Positions 46,405-64,000 of a DNA stretch of 64,000 bases are shown piece after piece. Where the stretch lies: assembly GCA_964247055.1 (NCBI GenBank), contig OZ176053.1:7626001-7690000 (forward strand). The letters run 5' to 3'. The stretch's first letter is position 1; each line of letters begins with the position of its first letter. The notes under the pieces are model-generated. The model was not told the origin of the DNA. It saw only the letters and a list, made by a program, of their open reading frames with translations, and did not search any database. Position numbers and translations under genes: made by a program. This DNA comes from Paragordius varius (lineage: Eukaryota > Animalia > Nematomorpha).

Positions 46405-47149
46405 TATTTTTCTTAATATATATTTTTGTGTTTGAAAAAATTTACTTGTTAACATCTATATTTAACTAAGATAATTAATTATTTTATTAATATATATATG
46501 TATATATTTATTCGAACTTCAAATCATTTTTAATAATGTTGGAAAGTAGTTTAAATTAGCAAAAAAACAAAAACAGGTATCCTTTTATTTATTTTAATAT
46601 GATTAAAAATTTAAACCAGAAAAATGATAAAATACATGGTTATAGAAATATATGGAAGAAGATTATTTTTATAATGAATAATGATAAGTCTACTTGTTTG
46701 ATATGCAACTCCACCGTACCTTTGCCTAAATAAGCCAACCAAAGGCATTTTACAGCGCTTAACATGAACCATCGAAAATACAATTCAAATATTTTAGCAA
46801 ATAAAAAATCAAGCTATTGAAAAAGAAACTAAATGCTCAGAAAAACGGCCTTGTGAAACACAGCAAAATCAAAAAAATTCGTAAATATCAACAAAATATT
46901 AGAAATCCTAATAAAAAACAACAAATATTTTCAGAATGCAGAAATTTGGAAGGCTTTTATCAAAGCTTGTTGCTGATTAAAAATTATGAAGACAAAAAGA
47001 ATATGGAATCAATAAAAACATATTCCTATCTAGAAACACAATTATGCGGAGAGATGAGGATCTTAATAAGAATTTAACCGAAATTTTACATGAAAATATT
47101 GAATTTTATATATTTTTCACTTCAAATTTACGTGGCCTTCCATGACGAG

Positions 47150-48020
47150 TCAGCCAGAGAATTTTAAATAACCATATAATCAAAGGAAAATGAAACATAG
47201 CAATGTATTCTATTTTATATTTAGTCAAAAATCTTTTCTCAAAATGATTAATTAGAAATGCAATATCATTCACATTTTCAAAAGCAAGACTTCAAATTAA
47301 ATCAATTAAAAAAATGTTTCAATTCACTGTGATTGATTTGCAACGTACGATTTTTATGAGATATCGTATCAAAAAGAAAGACCAAAAGCAATTTTAGATC
47401 TCTTTTAAATAAGATATGAATGATTTTCTACCATCAAATATATTAATATATATATTTGTAGTAAAAATGGTCTTAATCTTTCTAAAAATGGAGCGCGTCT
47501 TAACCATCTTTAATCTCTATTAACTTCACTATGTCAACACCAATTCCTTTTAACTAAACTTAAAACTGAGAAGAGACACTCTTTTAGATTTGATGTAATT
47601 TACTATCTTGAAGCATATGTCCATATTTAAAACATATGCAGTAATTCATAAAATCTGGTGAATTATAAAGATCTTTGCCAAAAGCTACAAATCCATTTTA
47701 CTTCAATCGACTAAAATCCGTCTGAAGATATAGAGTTAATTATACAATAAATTAAATAATGTCGTTTCAGTATTTGTACTTGTGGTCAACCAGATGTCTT
47801 CTTAATCAACATTATTTATATATTTTGATATAAAATTATATATATAAAAATAACTATAAATAATTATTTTTCGTAATATTTAGTAATGGCCTGTGCTGGT
47901 CACCCCAAACCGCAAATAGATTATTTGCATCACTTGTGCTGAATGATAAAATATTTTAATACTTGATATTCATACCCCTCACCCAAAAAAAGTAGCCCGC
48001 AAAAAGGTTGGCCACTCCTG
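47150..48020 (-). mobile_element. Decayed hAT (Charlie/Buster-like) transposase fragment with terminal repeat
   Basis: Minus-strand fragments FKIVNYIKSK and HSEV..RWLRRAPFLERL resemble hAT motifs VKIVNYIK / HTEVRWLSRG; terminus CAGGAGTGGCCAACC (reverse) ends at 48020. Confidence 0.55.
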
Positions 48021-48589
48021 ATGTATATCCATAATGTTAAATTTTTACCAAAAAAATTACATTATTAATTTACTAATTCCCAGATTTGGAACGATTTCTA
48101 TTTTAGTCGGCATGGTAAATCCGAAATCGGGTAAGTTTGACGCTCTTTAAATCTTTAAACAATTGGTATTTTCAAATACCGGATACCTTTGAAATATTTT
48201 CTCATAGTGCGACCATATAAAATGATATCGAATACCTGGCTTTTAAACATACATAAAGTTAAATTATGTATCACATAATATAAAATGGCGAGATCCTTAT
48301 TTTCATCATACTGGCATTAATTTCATAATATTATGTTAGGAGCCGCAATATATGCCGCTAACTAAACCATACATGACGATGTTTCAATATTCTTGCAAAA
48401 TCTGTGGCGAGGAAAAATCAGGAAGACCTCGTTAGACTCGTAAACCGTGGTTTGACCCCCACTTCTTTTACATATCATTACATTTTTATTTTTTCGCAAT
48501 GATTTGGGGTGGTTTTTTACCCAGATCTTTATTTAAAAGTTGTTTTGGTTAAAATTCAATTAAAAAACCCTCTTTTCATGTTTTAGATT

Positions 48590-48958
48590 AAACGCTCATA
48601 TACAGTTTTGTAACTTCTAGCGTGCCCAATTCAAATAGCTCTAAAACACAATTGAAACGAGCAGCTGATATTAAAATCAATAAATATCAAAATTTGCTGG
48701 TAGATTGTAATTTAAGAGCTTTCCAAATTTAAATATTATATTCAACCATAAGATATTTTATTTGGTTGTATTTATAAATAAAAAAGAAAAAAATAGCGGC
48801 AAAAAGTTTGAGAAGTGGATTTTCTTACAATTTTACTTTTTTACAAAAAATTTGTATCATGCGCCTAAAAAGCTAAAGAATGGATTAAATATAGCCTATA
48901 AGAAATTTAAATTTTAAATAACTTTGGGTTGTAAAATAACCGAAAAGATCACGAAGTG
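48590..48958. mobile_element. piggyBac-like MITE family E, partial copy
   Basis: Ends aagtg|TTAA; the internal stretch (cagttttgtaacttctag..aaaacacaattgaaacg..tttgctggta) recurs at about 53565-53830. Confidence 0.5.
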
Positions 48959-49261
48959 TTAAACTCAACACTAGTTTTAAATATTGACAAATTATTTTAG
49001 TAGGGTTTCTTGATTTATTATACATGTTGATAAAATCTTCTATATAATAAATCGATTAAGATTTTTTGCTTTCTTTGATTCCAAATCAGAAGTGTCCAAC
49101 ATGCGGCCCTACAACAAAATTTAGGCCCGAAAACTTGAAAAAAAACCAATAATACATTCATAAAGAAAATAACTCTGTAAAATTAAATTTCTATTTTTTA
49201 CATAAATATTATTTTTGATATTTAAGGATTATATAAACACCAACTTACTCCATCAAAAATA

Positions 49262-49284
49262 TATATATTATTATTATTATTACA
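49262..49284 (-). repeat. (TAA)n 3' tail of the RTE element
   Basis: Immediately after the stop codon on the minus strand: tgtaataataataataatatat; RTE elements typically end in short tandem repeats. Confidence 0.8.
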
Positions 49285-52209
49285 TTACATGTTTTCACTC
49301 GTGAGAGCGGTCATGTTATACAACCTGTCTCGCCATAAAACTCTATCTATGGCGTCCTCTGCATTAAGCTCGTATTCTGCTAGCTCTCTTTTTACTGTAT
49401 CTATCCATTTTGTTTTAGGTCGCCCACGTCCTCGTTTTCCCTCAACTATATAACCATCTATTATTTTTGCAATATAATTAGAATCTCTCCTTTCAATGTG
49501 CCCGAACCAACGTAGCCTATTTTTTGACATTCTTTCCACTATTGGCTTAATATCTGTGCTCCCACGAATAAATCTATTCTCGATTCTGTCCTTTCTAGTT
49601 ACCCCACACATCATTCTGAGCATTTTCATTTCAGTCACGTTAAATTGTCTTTCTTCGGATTTTTTGACACCCCATGTCTGTGAATTATACATCATTGAGG
49701 GCTGGACAACTGAACTGTAAATCTTACCTTTCACTCTAACATCAATATTTCGATCGCATAATACGCTCGAAATTTTCTTCCAATTTACCCAGCTGCTCTT
49801 TATTCTTAAATTAATATCGTCAGTTAACGAACCATCTGCACTTAACATAGCTCCCAGATATTTGCAACTTTCTTTACCCTTCAGAACCCAACTATCATCA
49901 ACTACCATTTCATGTTGTGGACCCCCAAAAGTAATAAGTTCGGTTTTTGCTTTGTTTACTTTCAGACCATATTGATCCAGCATAACAACCCATCTGTTTA
50001 CCGTTCGCTTTAACTCAATTAATGAATCAGACAAGATGATTATGTCATCTGCATACATTAAGTACCATCCTGAACTCACATTAACAACCTTGGCTACCTC
50101 GTCCATACAAATTATAAACAATAAGGGGCTGAGTGATGAGCCTTGGTAGACTCCATGCTTTATTGAAAAGGGCTCTGATAAACCTTGTGGAGTTTTAATC
50201 CTGGAGGTGTGTGATTCGTACATTATTTGTAACAACTTAATATAACTTTCTGGCACCTTTTTACGACGGAGACTCCACCAAATAGTTTCTCTAGGAATCC
50301 TGTCAAACGCCTTCTCTATATCAATCAAAACCCCGTGTAATTCTTTCTTTTTTTCAATGTGTTTTTCAATCAACCTCCTAACCGCATGTATAGGATCTAC
50401 TGTTGACTTTCCTGGCATGAAACCAAATTGATTTCCTTCTATAGATATCATTTTCCTGATTCGCTTTTCAATTATTTTTTCAAACAATTTCATAGTGTGC
50501 GACATAAGTTTTATCCCTCTATAGTTACTACATTCATTTATATCACCTTTTCCTTTAAATAAAGGCACAGTTAAACTTTCCTTCCATTCAACCGGGATTT
50601 CATACGTTGAAACAACTTTATTAAATACACGCTCCAAAAAATTTAATCCAGAATTTCCAAGCACTTTCCAACAATTTATATTTATGTCGTCCGATCCTAC
50701 AGCTTTGTTGTTTGGCATTTCTAACAAATTAGACTCTACTTCCTTTTGTGTAATTGCTTCTATTGGTCTATCAGTAGCTTCAACTGTATTTGGCAAAAAT
50801 ATCTCGCCTACCCCTTCATCTAAACTCACAAAGTACTCTTTCCATCTTTTTAATATTTCTACATTTTCGCACAGCAAGCTTCCATCTTTACCTTTTATTG
50901 CAGTCGCATAACCTGGCAAATCCATCCTGCGTTTATTCCTTTGCTGCGCAACTTTATACACTTTGTTTAAACCTTCATTACTATTTAACTCATCATAAAA
51001 TAAATTCATTTTTTCTTTCTTAACCTGACCGACTAATTTTTTCAATTCCTTATTTAAACTTTTATACTTATCTCTATCATCATCATTCCTTGTATGTCTC
51101 CATTTGTCAAAAGCCTTACCTTTTTCTCGTGACATCAATATTATTCTTTCATCGTAAAGCCAAGCCTCTCTGTATACTTGAGATTTTCCGCCTTTTAATC
51201 CACAAACTAGAGTTCCTGCCTTTTTGATTAACTGACTTACTTTATCCCAATCACCATTTAACCCTCCATCCTCGGATAACCGTATTTCTTTTATAAAAGC
51301 CTGCCTTTTTTCAGATAATTTCTCCCACTTAATACTTTTTAATCTCTTTGAATAAGAACCACTTTGTTTAGACTTTTCTTTCACGAAAAATTTACAAATA
51401 AGTAAATTATGTTGCGAACTAACCTCTAAGTTTGGCACGACCTTACAATCTATCACAAGCTTCAATAAATCTCTTGGAACAAGTATAAAATCTATTTGAG
51501 ATTTGTTTATGCCGCTCTTAAAAGTTACTAGATGACTCTCTCTTTTTTCGAAAAACGTGTTCGCTATCGCCAAATTGTGAGATTGTGCAAATCTGAGCAA
51601 ATTAATTCCTTCCTCGTTTCTTTCTCCATAAGAATGTCCCCCGTGCCATATTTCAAAAGATTCCCTTTTTGAACCAAGATGACCATTAAAATCCCCACAT
51701 AAAAACTTGACTCTGAGCTGAGGGAGAGCGACTATTTTTTCATCTAAAGTCTCGTAAAATTGCTCCTTTTCTTGTTTGGGTAAACCTATTTGCGGGGCAT
51801 ATATACTAAATACCGTTATGACCTCGTTACCTACCAAAATATCTAAATTCATGATTCGGCTGTTATAGCGTCTAACCTCTTTAACCTGATTGGACAATTT
51901 GGGATTAATGATAATTGCCACTCCATTTCGTCCGCCACTTTCACCTGAGTAATATAGTCGATAATTCTCTTCCAAAGTCCTTGCTCCGTTTCCGCGGTAA
52001 CGAGTCTCTTGTAATGCCAAAATATCAATATGTTTAACTTTCATTATTCTCACAATATCATTTAACTTACTTTTCAATGAACCAACATTTAAACTAGCAA
52101 AATACAGACATCTCGTATTCCTTTTCATTCTCTTTGTATTATTGGCCACAACACCAAAACCGCGGCTGGCCAGGCCTGACCGGTTATTACTATACACATC
52201 AATATTCAT
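49285..52209 (-). CDS. RTE-clade non-LTR retrotransposon ORF (AP endonuclease + reverse transcriptase), 974 aa, intact
   Basis: Endonuclease motifs LNVGSL, LQETR, YAPQ, GDFNGH, SQIDFIL, SQH; RT motifs KGKGD, YRGIKL, QFGF, DIEKAFD, QGSSLSPLLF, YADD, KYLG; C-terminal RGRGRPK..W. Confidence 0.95.
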   Translation of the reverse strand: MNIDVYSNNRSGLASRGFGVVANNTKRMKRNTRCLYFASLNVGSLKSKLNDIVRIMKVKHIDILALQETRYRGNGARTLEENYRLYYSGESGGRNGVAIIINPKLSNQVKEVRRYNSRIMNLDILVGNEVITVFSIYAPQIGLPKQEKEQFYETLDEKIVALPQLRVKFLCGDFNGHLGSKRESFEIWHGGHSYGERNEEGINLLRFAQSHNLAIANTFFEKRESHLVTFKSGINKSQIDFILVPRDLLKLVIDCKVVPNLEVSSQHNLLICKFFVKEKSKQSGSYSKRLKSIKWEKLSEKRQAFIKEIRLSEDGGLNGDWDKVSQLIKKAGTLVCGLKGGKSQVYREAWLYDERIILMSREKGKAFDKWRHTRNDDDRDKYKSLNKELKKLVGQVKKEKMNLFYDELNSNEGLNKVYKVAQQRNKRRMDLPGYATAIKGKDGSLLCENVEILKRWKEYFVSLDEGVGEIFLPNTVEATDRPIEAITQKEVESNLLEMPNNKAVGSDDININCWKVLGNSGLNFLERVFNKVVSTYEIPVEWKESLTVPLFKGKGDINECSNYRGIKLMSHTMKLFEKIIEKRIRKMISIEGNQFGFMPGKSTVDPIHAVRRLIEKHIEKKKELHGVLIDIEKAFDRIPRETIWWSLRRKKVPESYIKLLQIMYESHTSRIKTPQGLSEPFSIKHGVYQGSSLSPLLFIICMDEVAKVVNVSSGWYLMYADDIIILSDSLIELKRTVNRWVVMLDQYGLKVNKAKTELITFGGPQHEMVVDDSWVLKGKESCKYLGAMLSADGSLTDDINLRIKSSWVNWKKISSVLCDRNIDVRVKGKIYSSVVQPSMMYNSQTWGVKKSEERQFNVTEMKMLRMMCGVTRKDRIENRFIRGSTDIKPIVERMSKNRLRWFGHIERRDSNYIAKIIDGYIVEGKRGRGRPKTKWIDTVKRELAEYELNAEDAIDRVLWRDRLYNMTALTSENM

Positions 52210-52769
52210 TTGACAGCTTTAAACAAACAAAATAAAAAAATAATATTGAAGTGTCTAACTAATTATGACAAATTGATAGATGTTAAAAAAAAAAAACCTA
52301 GGCTATAGGTAAAAACGGAAATTATATTTCGCAATAAAAAATTTAAAGCAAAATTTATGTATAAAACAATATAAATCAAGGGTTATTTTATGTGTCATAG
52401 TAAAAAATAAAATAAATAGTGCTACAATACTTATCCAAGAATACAATCTATATATTGAGAATATTAATAGGCAAATTATAGTAAAAGGCCAACAGTAAGT
52501 CCTACGTCCAAAAAACAAAATGGGAATAGGTATGTTATAACAAAAATTTAAAGTATAGGATAATTGATAAAAGATAGAATAAACTTTGGATAAATAGATA
52601 AGAATTTAGAATTTTTTTTTCTTTTGTGTAATGTACGAACTCGCGCGCGTACAAATCTGTAGAAAGGAATAAGGAAAATAATGTATCAGGATTCTAATGG
52701 TACTCGTTTCTGTCATGAGTGAAGAAAGTTATTTGCACATTTGTTGTAAGTACTCCATATCAGATAATA

Positions 52770-53085
52770 ACAAAATATTCGCATTTTTTCACAAAATTTG
52801 GTGAAAGTTAAATACTTTAATCTATAAAATATCACAATATATCATATTACAGGCAAACTTTTTTTAAAAAAAATTTTTTAGATGTGGCTCCGAAAGCCCC
52901 AAATTGGCTGGTTTTCTTAAAATGAACGCAAAAACGCCGTGATCAATATCTTAAATATATGAATGATATCAGATAAAAATATTTATAAAAAACGCCATTT
53001 TTCAAAACTTTAATTTTTGAAAATTTTGTTAAGGCGGTATTATACTCTTTTGAGGCATGATGGAAACGGTATAAAACGTAAAAAC
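52770..53085. repeat. Dispersed repeat family F copy
   Basis: ttttagatgtggctccgaaagccccaaatt..aacgcaaaaa..gaaacggtataaaac matches the reverse complement of about 58250-58460. Confidence 0.6.
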
Positions 53086-53472
53086 TCTCTTTTAATTCAA
53101 TGCTCAAGATTTTTATCGCATAAGAATTTTCAATTTAAAGTTAGGCTAATTTTGCTGATTTTTTGTAAACGCAATTTTAATTTAACATAAATTGAAAGAC
53201 GAAAATTTTATATAAAACATGCGCGTCTATTTTGTCCTGTTCTGATATGGAAGAGTGGCCTTAAAAGCGTAAATAACTCTTATAAATCACCTTGTAAGGG
53301 CCAAAACCCAAAGCTCAATGATAATTCTGGCACATTTCCAATAAGAATAAATATATCATTATAATATTTTTAAGGATACTGTATTGCTCAATAAATTTAT
53401 TTTAAGACTGATGAATATTTTTATATATACCACATCCCTATGGTTTTTAAAATGTACTACTGAGTATTTTAA

Positions 53473-53888
53473 CACTTCTTTATCCACTTTTTTCTCCTTG
53501 TGTGGCCTCGAAATTGTGAAAAAACTACAATTTTAAATTTAATTATCAAACATTGTTCTCAAAGTTTGTCTTTTTTCAGTTTTATGACTTCTAGAGCCTA
53601 ACATTGGGACAGCTCCAAAACACGATTGAAACGAATAGCTGAAATATTAAAATTAAAATATATCAAGTTTTTGCTGGTAAAATGTAGCCTGAAAGCTTCT
53701 TAAATCCATTTCTAATCATAAAGTAGATTTATTGTTGTAGCGATTATTTTAAAAAAAAAAGACGACAAAAAAGTTTCTACAACTTAACATTTGTTTTGAA
53801 AAAACTGTATAAAAGGCCTTAGAGGCTAAAGAAAGCATATTTTTAAAGGTTCAATACCTTGAGTACTTTTTTTGAGATATAAAACTGC
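53473..53888. mobile_element. piggyBac-like MITE family E copy
   Basis: Starts TTAA|cacttc; shares an internal segment with 48590-48958; degenerate right end before TTAA. Confidence 0.5.
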
Positions 53889-54015
53889 GCCAAGGGATTA
53901 AGGGTAAGTATAGGCGGCCCGCAAAGTCATTAGTCTTTCGGATAGTCATAATTGAATGAAATGAAGATGCAAGAGAGGTAAATACCCGTTAGATTATCTT
54001 TCATTTGGATATTAA

Positions 54016-54590
54016 CACCTTTGATTCAAATTGGGGTATCTAAATACCTCAGACAATATTTAAATTGAATTTTTAAAAACTACTGAAAGAAACGGTCCCA
54101 ATTTAAATTTTGCTTCTATCCTAAAAAAATTATAAAAATAAGCCGAAATATTTAAATAAAATTTGGTTTTTTTAAAAAAAAGTTTCATCTCAAACTTCTT
54201 TAACGCCATTTATATTTTGGAATATTTTTGCAGAATATTGTTATTTAACAAAGCTAAAATTAAATCTATATTTTCATTTAAATCACATCTAACATTGATA
54301 GAAACAGAAAAGGTGGTTTATTTTGTATTTTTTTCAAATTTAGCTAATTTACACATGTCATAATGACTAAGTTTTTACCTTGAGGTTCTACCTAAAAATA
54401 AATAATATCCAGTATTTTTGAATGAAATTATTTATATATTTCGGTCCATTAATATTATAAATGTGCAAATATTTGCCATGGTTTTAATTTATTCCATATT
54501 TTTTGAATTATTCTATTTTAAACAAGCCTAGGGCATCCAACTAACCCAATTTGAATAGAAGGGCTAAAATGGATATGTTGTATCCAAGTG
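54016..54590. mobile_element. piggyBac-like MITE family D, copy 1 (just upstream of ALDH7A1)
   Basis: TTAA|cacctttgattcaaattggggta ... gttgtatccaagtg|TTAA. Confidence 0.85.
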
Positions 54591-54636
54591 TTAAATATTT
54601 TTTTAAAACAGATGAACGAACACATGCCCAGAATTA

Positions 54637-61548
<6,912 letters not shown>

Positions 61549-62201
61549 TAGTTATAAAAAAGCCAATTTAAGAATAAACTTAATATTTTAACAATTATAA
61601 TATATGTAATCGCCTGCACCTAATATTTAGACATTTAATCAAAGTTTATAATAGAAATAAATTGCTAAACAGACACTATTTATTGAAAAAAATAAACTAA
61701 AGTCACCCAATTAAAATATATTGCTTGTGTATGTATGATTAGTGCAATAACGGTAAAGAATGAGCTAATGTTCTCGCAATCGGGTACCAGAAAAAAATAT
61801 GTTAAATAAAAATGCATTTTCATTATGTAAAATTCATAAATGTAATATAATATGATTAGGTTGTTGTCCAAAATATGAACGCTTCATGATTAATGTTTTC
61901 CGTTTTATATGAACACTATTTTAAAATATCAAATCAATGAATAATGCATAATTAATGTTTAAATATTTGATTGCAAAATAATCACAATTTAAAAATAAAA
62001 TATATCCCCTTTACAGTCTAAAAACCTTTTCCATCCAATCATAAATGAGTGTCATCACTAACAATCCAATTGTAAAAAAATCGTTTCGATTTACATGAAA
62101 TATCATTACGATTGACTAGGAAAAATGGGTTTTTAGACCGGAAAAGGGAGTGTACATATATCATATTATATGTGAGGATGGAAGAAAATAAAATTAGGTA
62201 T

Positions 62202-63052
62202 TTATTGAATTTTGGTATCTTTGCTTTCGCTATCGAGCACGACTGATTTGTGATGCGCATCCTCGGGATTAAGAATAAAGGCCCGACCTTCCCTCTGGGC
62301 TTCCCTAATGGGATCATGGGAAACGTGATCCACCTTGTATACTTTGTAGGCATGATAAAATGCCAAAGCTGATATACTTCCTACCGCAATCGTTTGTACT
62401 AAAACCTGTGTCGTGCACGGAAAAAAAATAAATTGCGTTGCAGTGCTTCAATTTTTACATTAAACATGCAAAAAATTTGATAGGAAAGCTTTTAAATTTA
62501 GTAAATATTTATATTCTCATGCAATTTATTATAAACATATGAAGTGCAGATATATAAAACAAGAAAAAATATAGATGTGAAGAAACAAATTCAAAATTGT
62601 AAAAAGGATATATACCCGAAGTTGGACAAAGTAGGAAGAAGCCGATACAGTTTTGGGCATTTGTTTAAATTTATATATTCCGAAAGCAGTAACTCCAAAC
62701 AGTCCGGCGATACCTTAAAAATATATATAACGATTAAACCTAATCCTACGATAGGGGCTTCACCAAATTTTCTTCGGGTTCTCTCAAAAGGTGATTCACT
62801 TCTATAACGATAATCATCTAAAGCAGGATGGGATGGTATATCCCCCAACCGATATTTCGGATAAATTGTTGGATGAGAGGGTGGTTTGTGAATTTGATAA
62901 CCTAACGGTTTGCTTTCCTCCTCCGGCGTACGTGGTTCAGTCATATATTGAGGTTTAATACCATGATCATGCTTTATAGGTTCATCATTAATCCCAACAA
63001 GAGGTTCATTATCTTTTGGATTGATTCCAGTAAATGATTTTCGACCGCTCAT
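62202..63052 (-). CDS. HIG1-domain (hypoxia-inducible, HIGD1/Rcf-like) mitochondrial inner-membrane protein; 204 aa, 3 exons
   Basis: Exons 63052-62740, 62713-62616, 62405-62202 (615 nt). Spliced core EAPIVGLGIAGLFGVTAFGIYKFKQMPKTVSASSYFVQLRVLVQTIAVG aligns to the HIGD1A pattern PFVPVGIAGF..YGLYKLK..S.HLIH.RVAAQ.FVVG. Confidence 0.8.
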
Positions 63053-63082
63053 GTTAAGATTTTACCATATGGAAAACCTTTT

Positions 63083-63931
63083 ATGCATATATTTTTAAAT
63101 TTGTATCACATTGGAGCTAGAGTATTTAAATTTAAGTTATCAACTATCAGCACTGTTATACAAGAATTGTCTGAAAGACAATTAATTAAACAAATACTAC
63201 CCCCATTAGAGTAATTATTTAATAATTTAAGTTATTCCAATATATTAGAAAAAAGCGATGCTCAAGTATATACAGGCATAGATCCGACGGCTGATAGTTT
63301 ACATGTAGGGCATCTTTTGATATTGTGCAATCTTTTTCGGTGGTGTATGCTAGGATCAAAGGCTATTATAGTGGTTTATCCTTATTTTATTTTAGTTAGG
63401 TGGTTCCACTGCTAAAGTCGGTGACCCTACTGGACAAATCACCTCTCGAGTTGCTTTGAATAATAATATAATAACTCACAATGTAAACAATCTAAGAAAA
63501 CAAATTATGTATATTGTCAAAAATTTTGATACGCTTGATCATAACAAATTACGGTACTGTATATGAAATTAGTTTAGAATTCTTAATAATGAGGATTGGT
63601 ACAATGAAATGCATTTGTTAGAATATGTATCAGAGGTTTCCCCTCATTTTCAATTGGGTACAATGCTAAGAAAAGATTCGTATAAAATATAAATATTTAT
63701 CCATAGTGTAAGATCTAGGCTCAAAAATGATCACAACCCAAACTCTAGTATGACTTTGAAAGAATTTTTGTATCAAACATTCCAGGCTTATGATTGGTAC
63801 CATTTATACAAGACGTACAATTGTTGTATTCAAGTATTTTTTATTAAACATAAGATAGGTGGTTCTGATCAAATGGGAAACATGGAGGCCGGCTACGAAT
63901 TTATAAAAAAGAAAACTGGCAACATAGTTCA
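63083..63931 (+). CDS. YARS2: Tyrosyl-tRNA synthetase, mitochondrial/bacterial type; 5' portion, continues beyond the window
   Basis: After removing five tiny introns: YTGIDPTADSLHVGH (HIGH motif), LGGSTAKVGDPTG, ILNNEDWY, MLRKDSVRSRL, MTLKEFLYQTFQAYDWYHL, CIQIGGSDQMGN. Confidence 0.93.
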
Positions 63932-64000
63932 TTGTTTGACATTTAATTTTTTTTTAATTATTATTTTTTAATAATATATCATTTTTTGAATATTTTGATT

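Noticed and set aside
46817-47077. Lys-rich 86-aa ORF
   Set aside because: Low-complexity, no motif, lies in decayed transposon DNA.
49496-51023. Plus-strand ORFs at 49496, 50684 and 50790
   Set aside because: Antisense shadows of the RTE ORF; the same applies to 2119, 2926, 4670 and 5970 opposite transferrin exons.
52630-52670. GC-rich hairpin tgtacg..cgcgcgcgtaca as a structured RNA or terminator
   Set aside because: Isolated, inside the transposon island, no tRNA/snRNA boxes; most likely a repeat end.
62039-62353. 104-aa minus-strand ORF as a separate gene
   Set aside because: Alternative frame overlapping exon 3 and the 3' UTR of the HIG1-domain gene.

Overview
Very AT-rich, intron-dense animal genomic DNA, read with the standard code (probably an invertebrate; taxon cannot be fixed from sequence alone). 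No rRNA, tRNA or CRISPR was seen. Left block (1-41.5 kb): a two-lobed, probably GPI-anchored transferrin/melanotransferrin-like gene (+) that has lost nearly all iron ligands; two divergently transcribed SLC4 anion-exchanger paralogs (- and +), the second with a remodelled anion site and huge loops; and an N-acylated globin X-like globin (+). Middle (42-54.6 kb): an orphan single-pass membrane ORF followed by a transposon island (Helitron-like element, decayed IS630/Tc1-type element with TA duplication, hAT remnants, piggyBac-like MITEs, an intact RTE LINE). Right block (54.6-64 kb): ALDH7A1 (+), a HIG1-domain gene (-) and mitochondrial tyrosyl-tRNA synthetase YARS2 (+, runs off the window). 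Most striking: the three right-block genes contain eleven ultra-short GT-AG introns of 21-27 nt near their 5' ends, whereas every intron I could place in the left-block genes is about 60 nt or longer. The HIG1 and YARS2 start codons are only 30 bp apart, head to head. Exon structures were assembled by hand from splice signals and protein homology; repeat boundaries are approximate unless stated.
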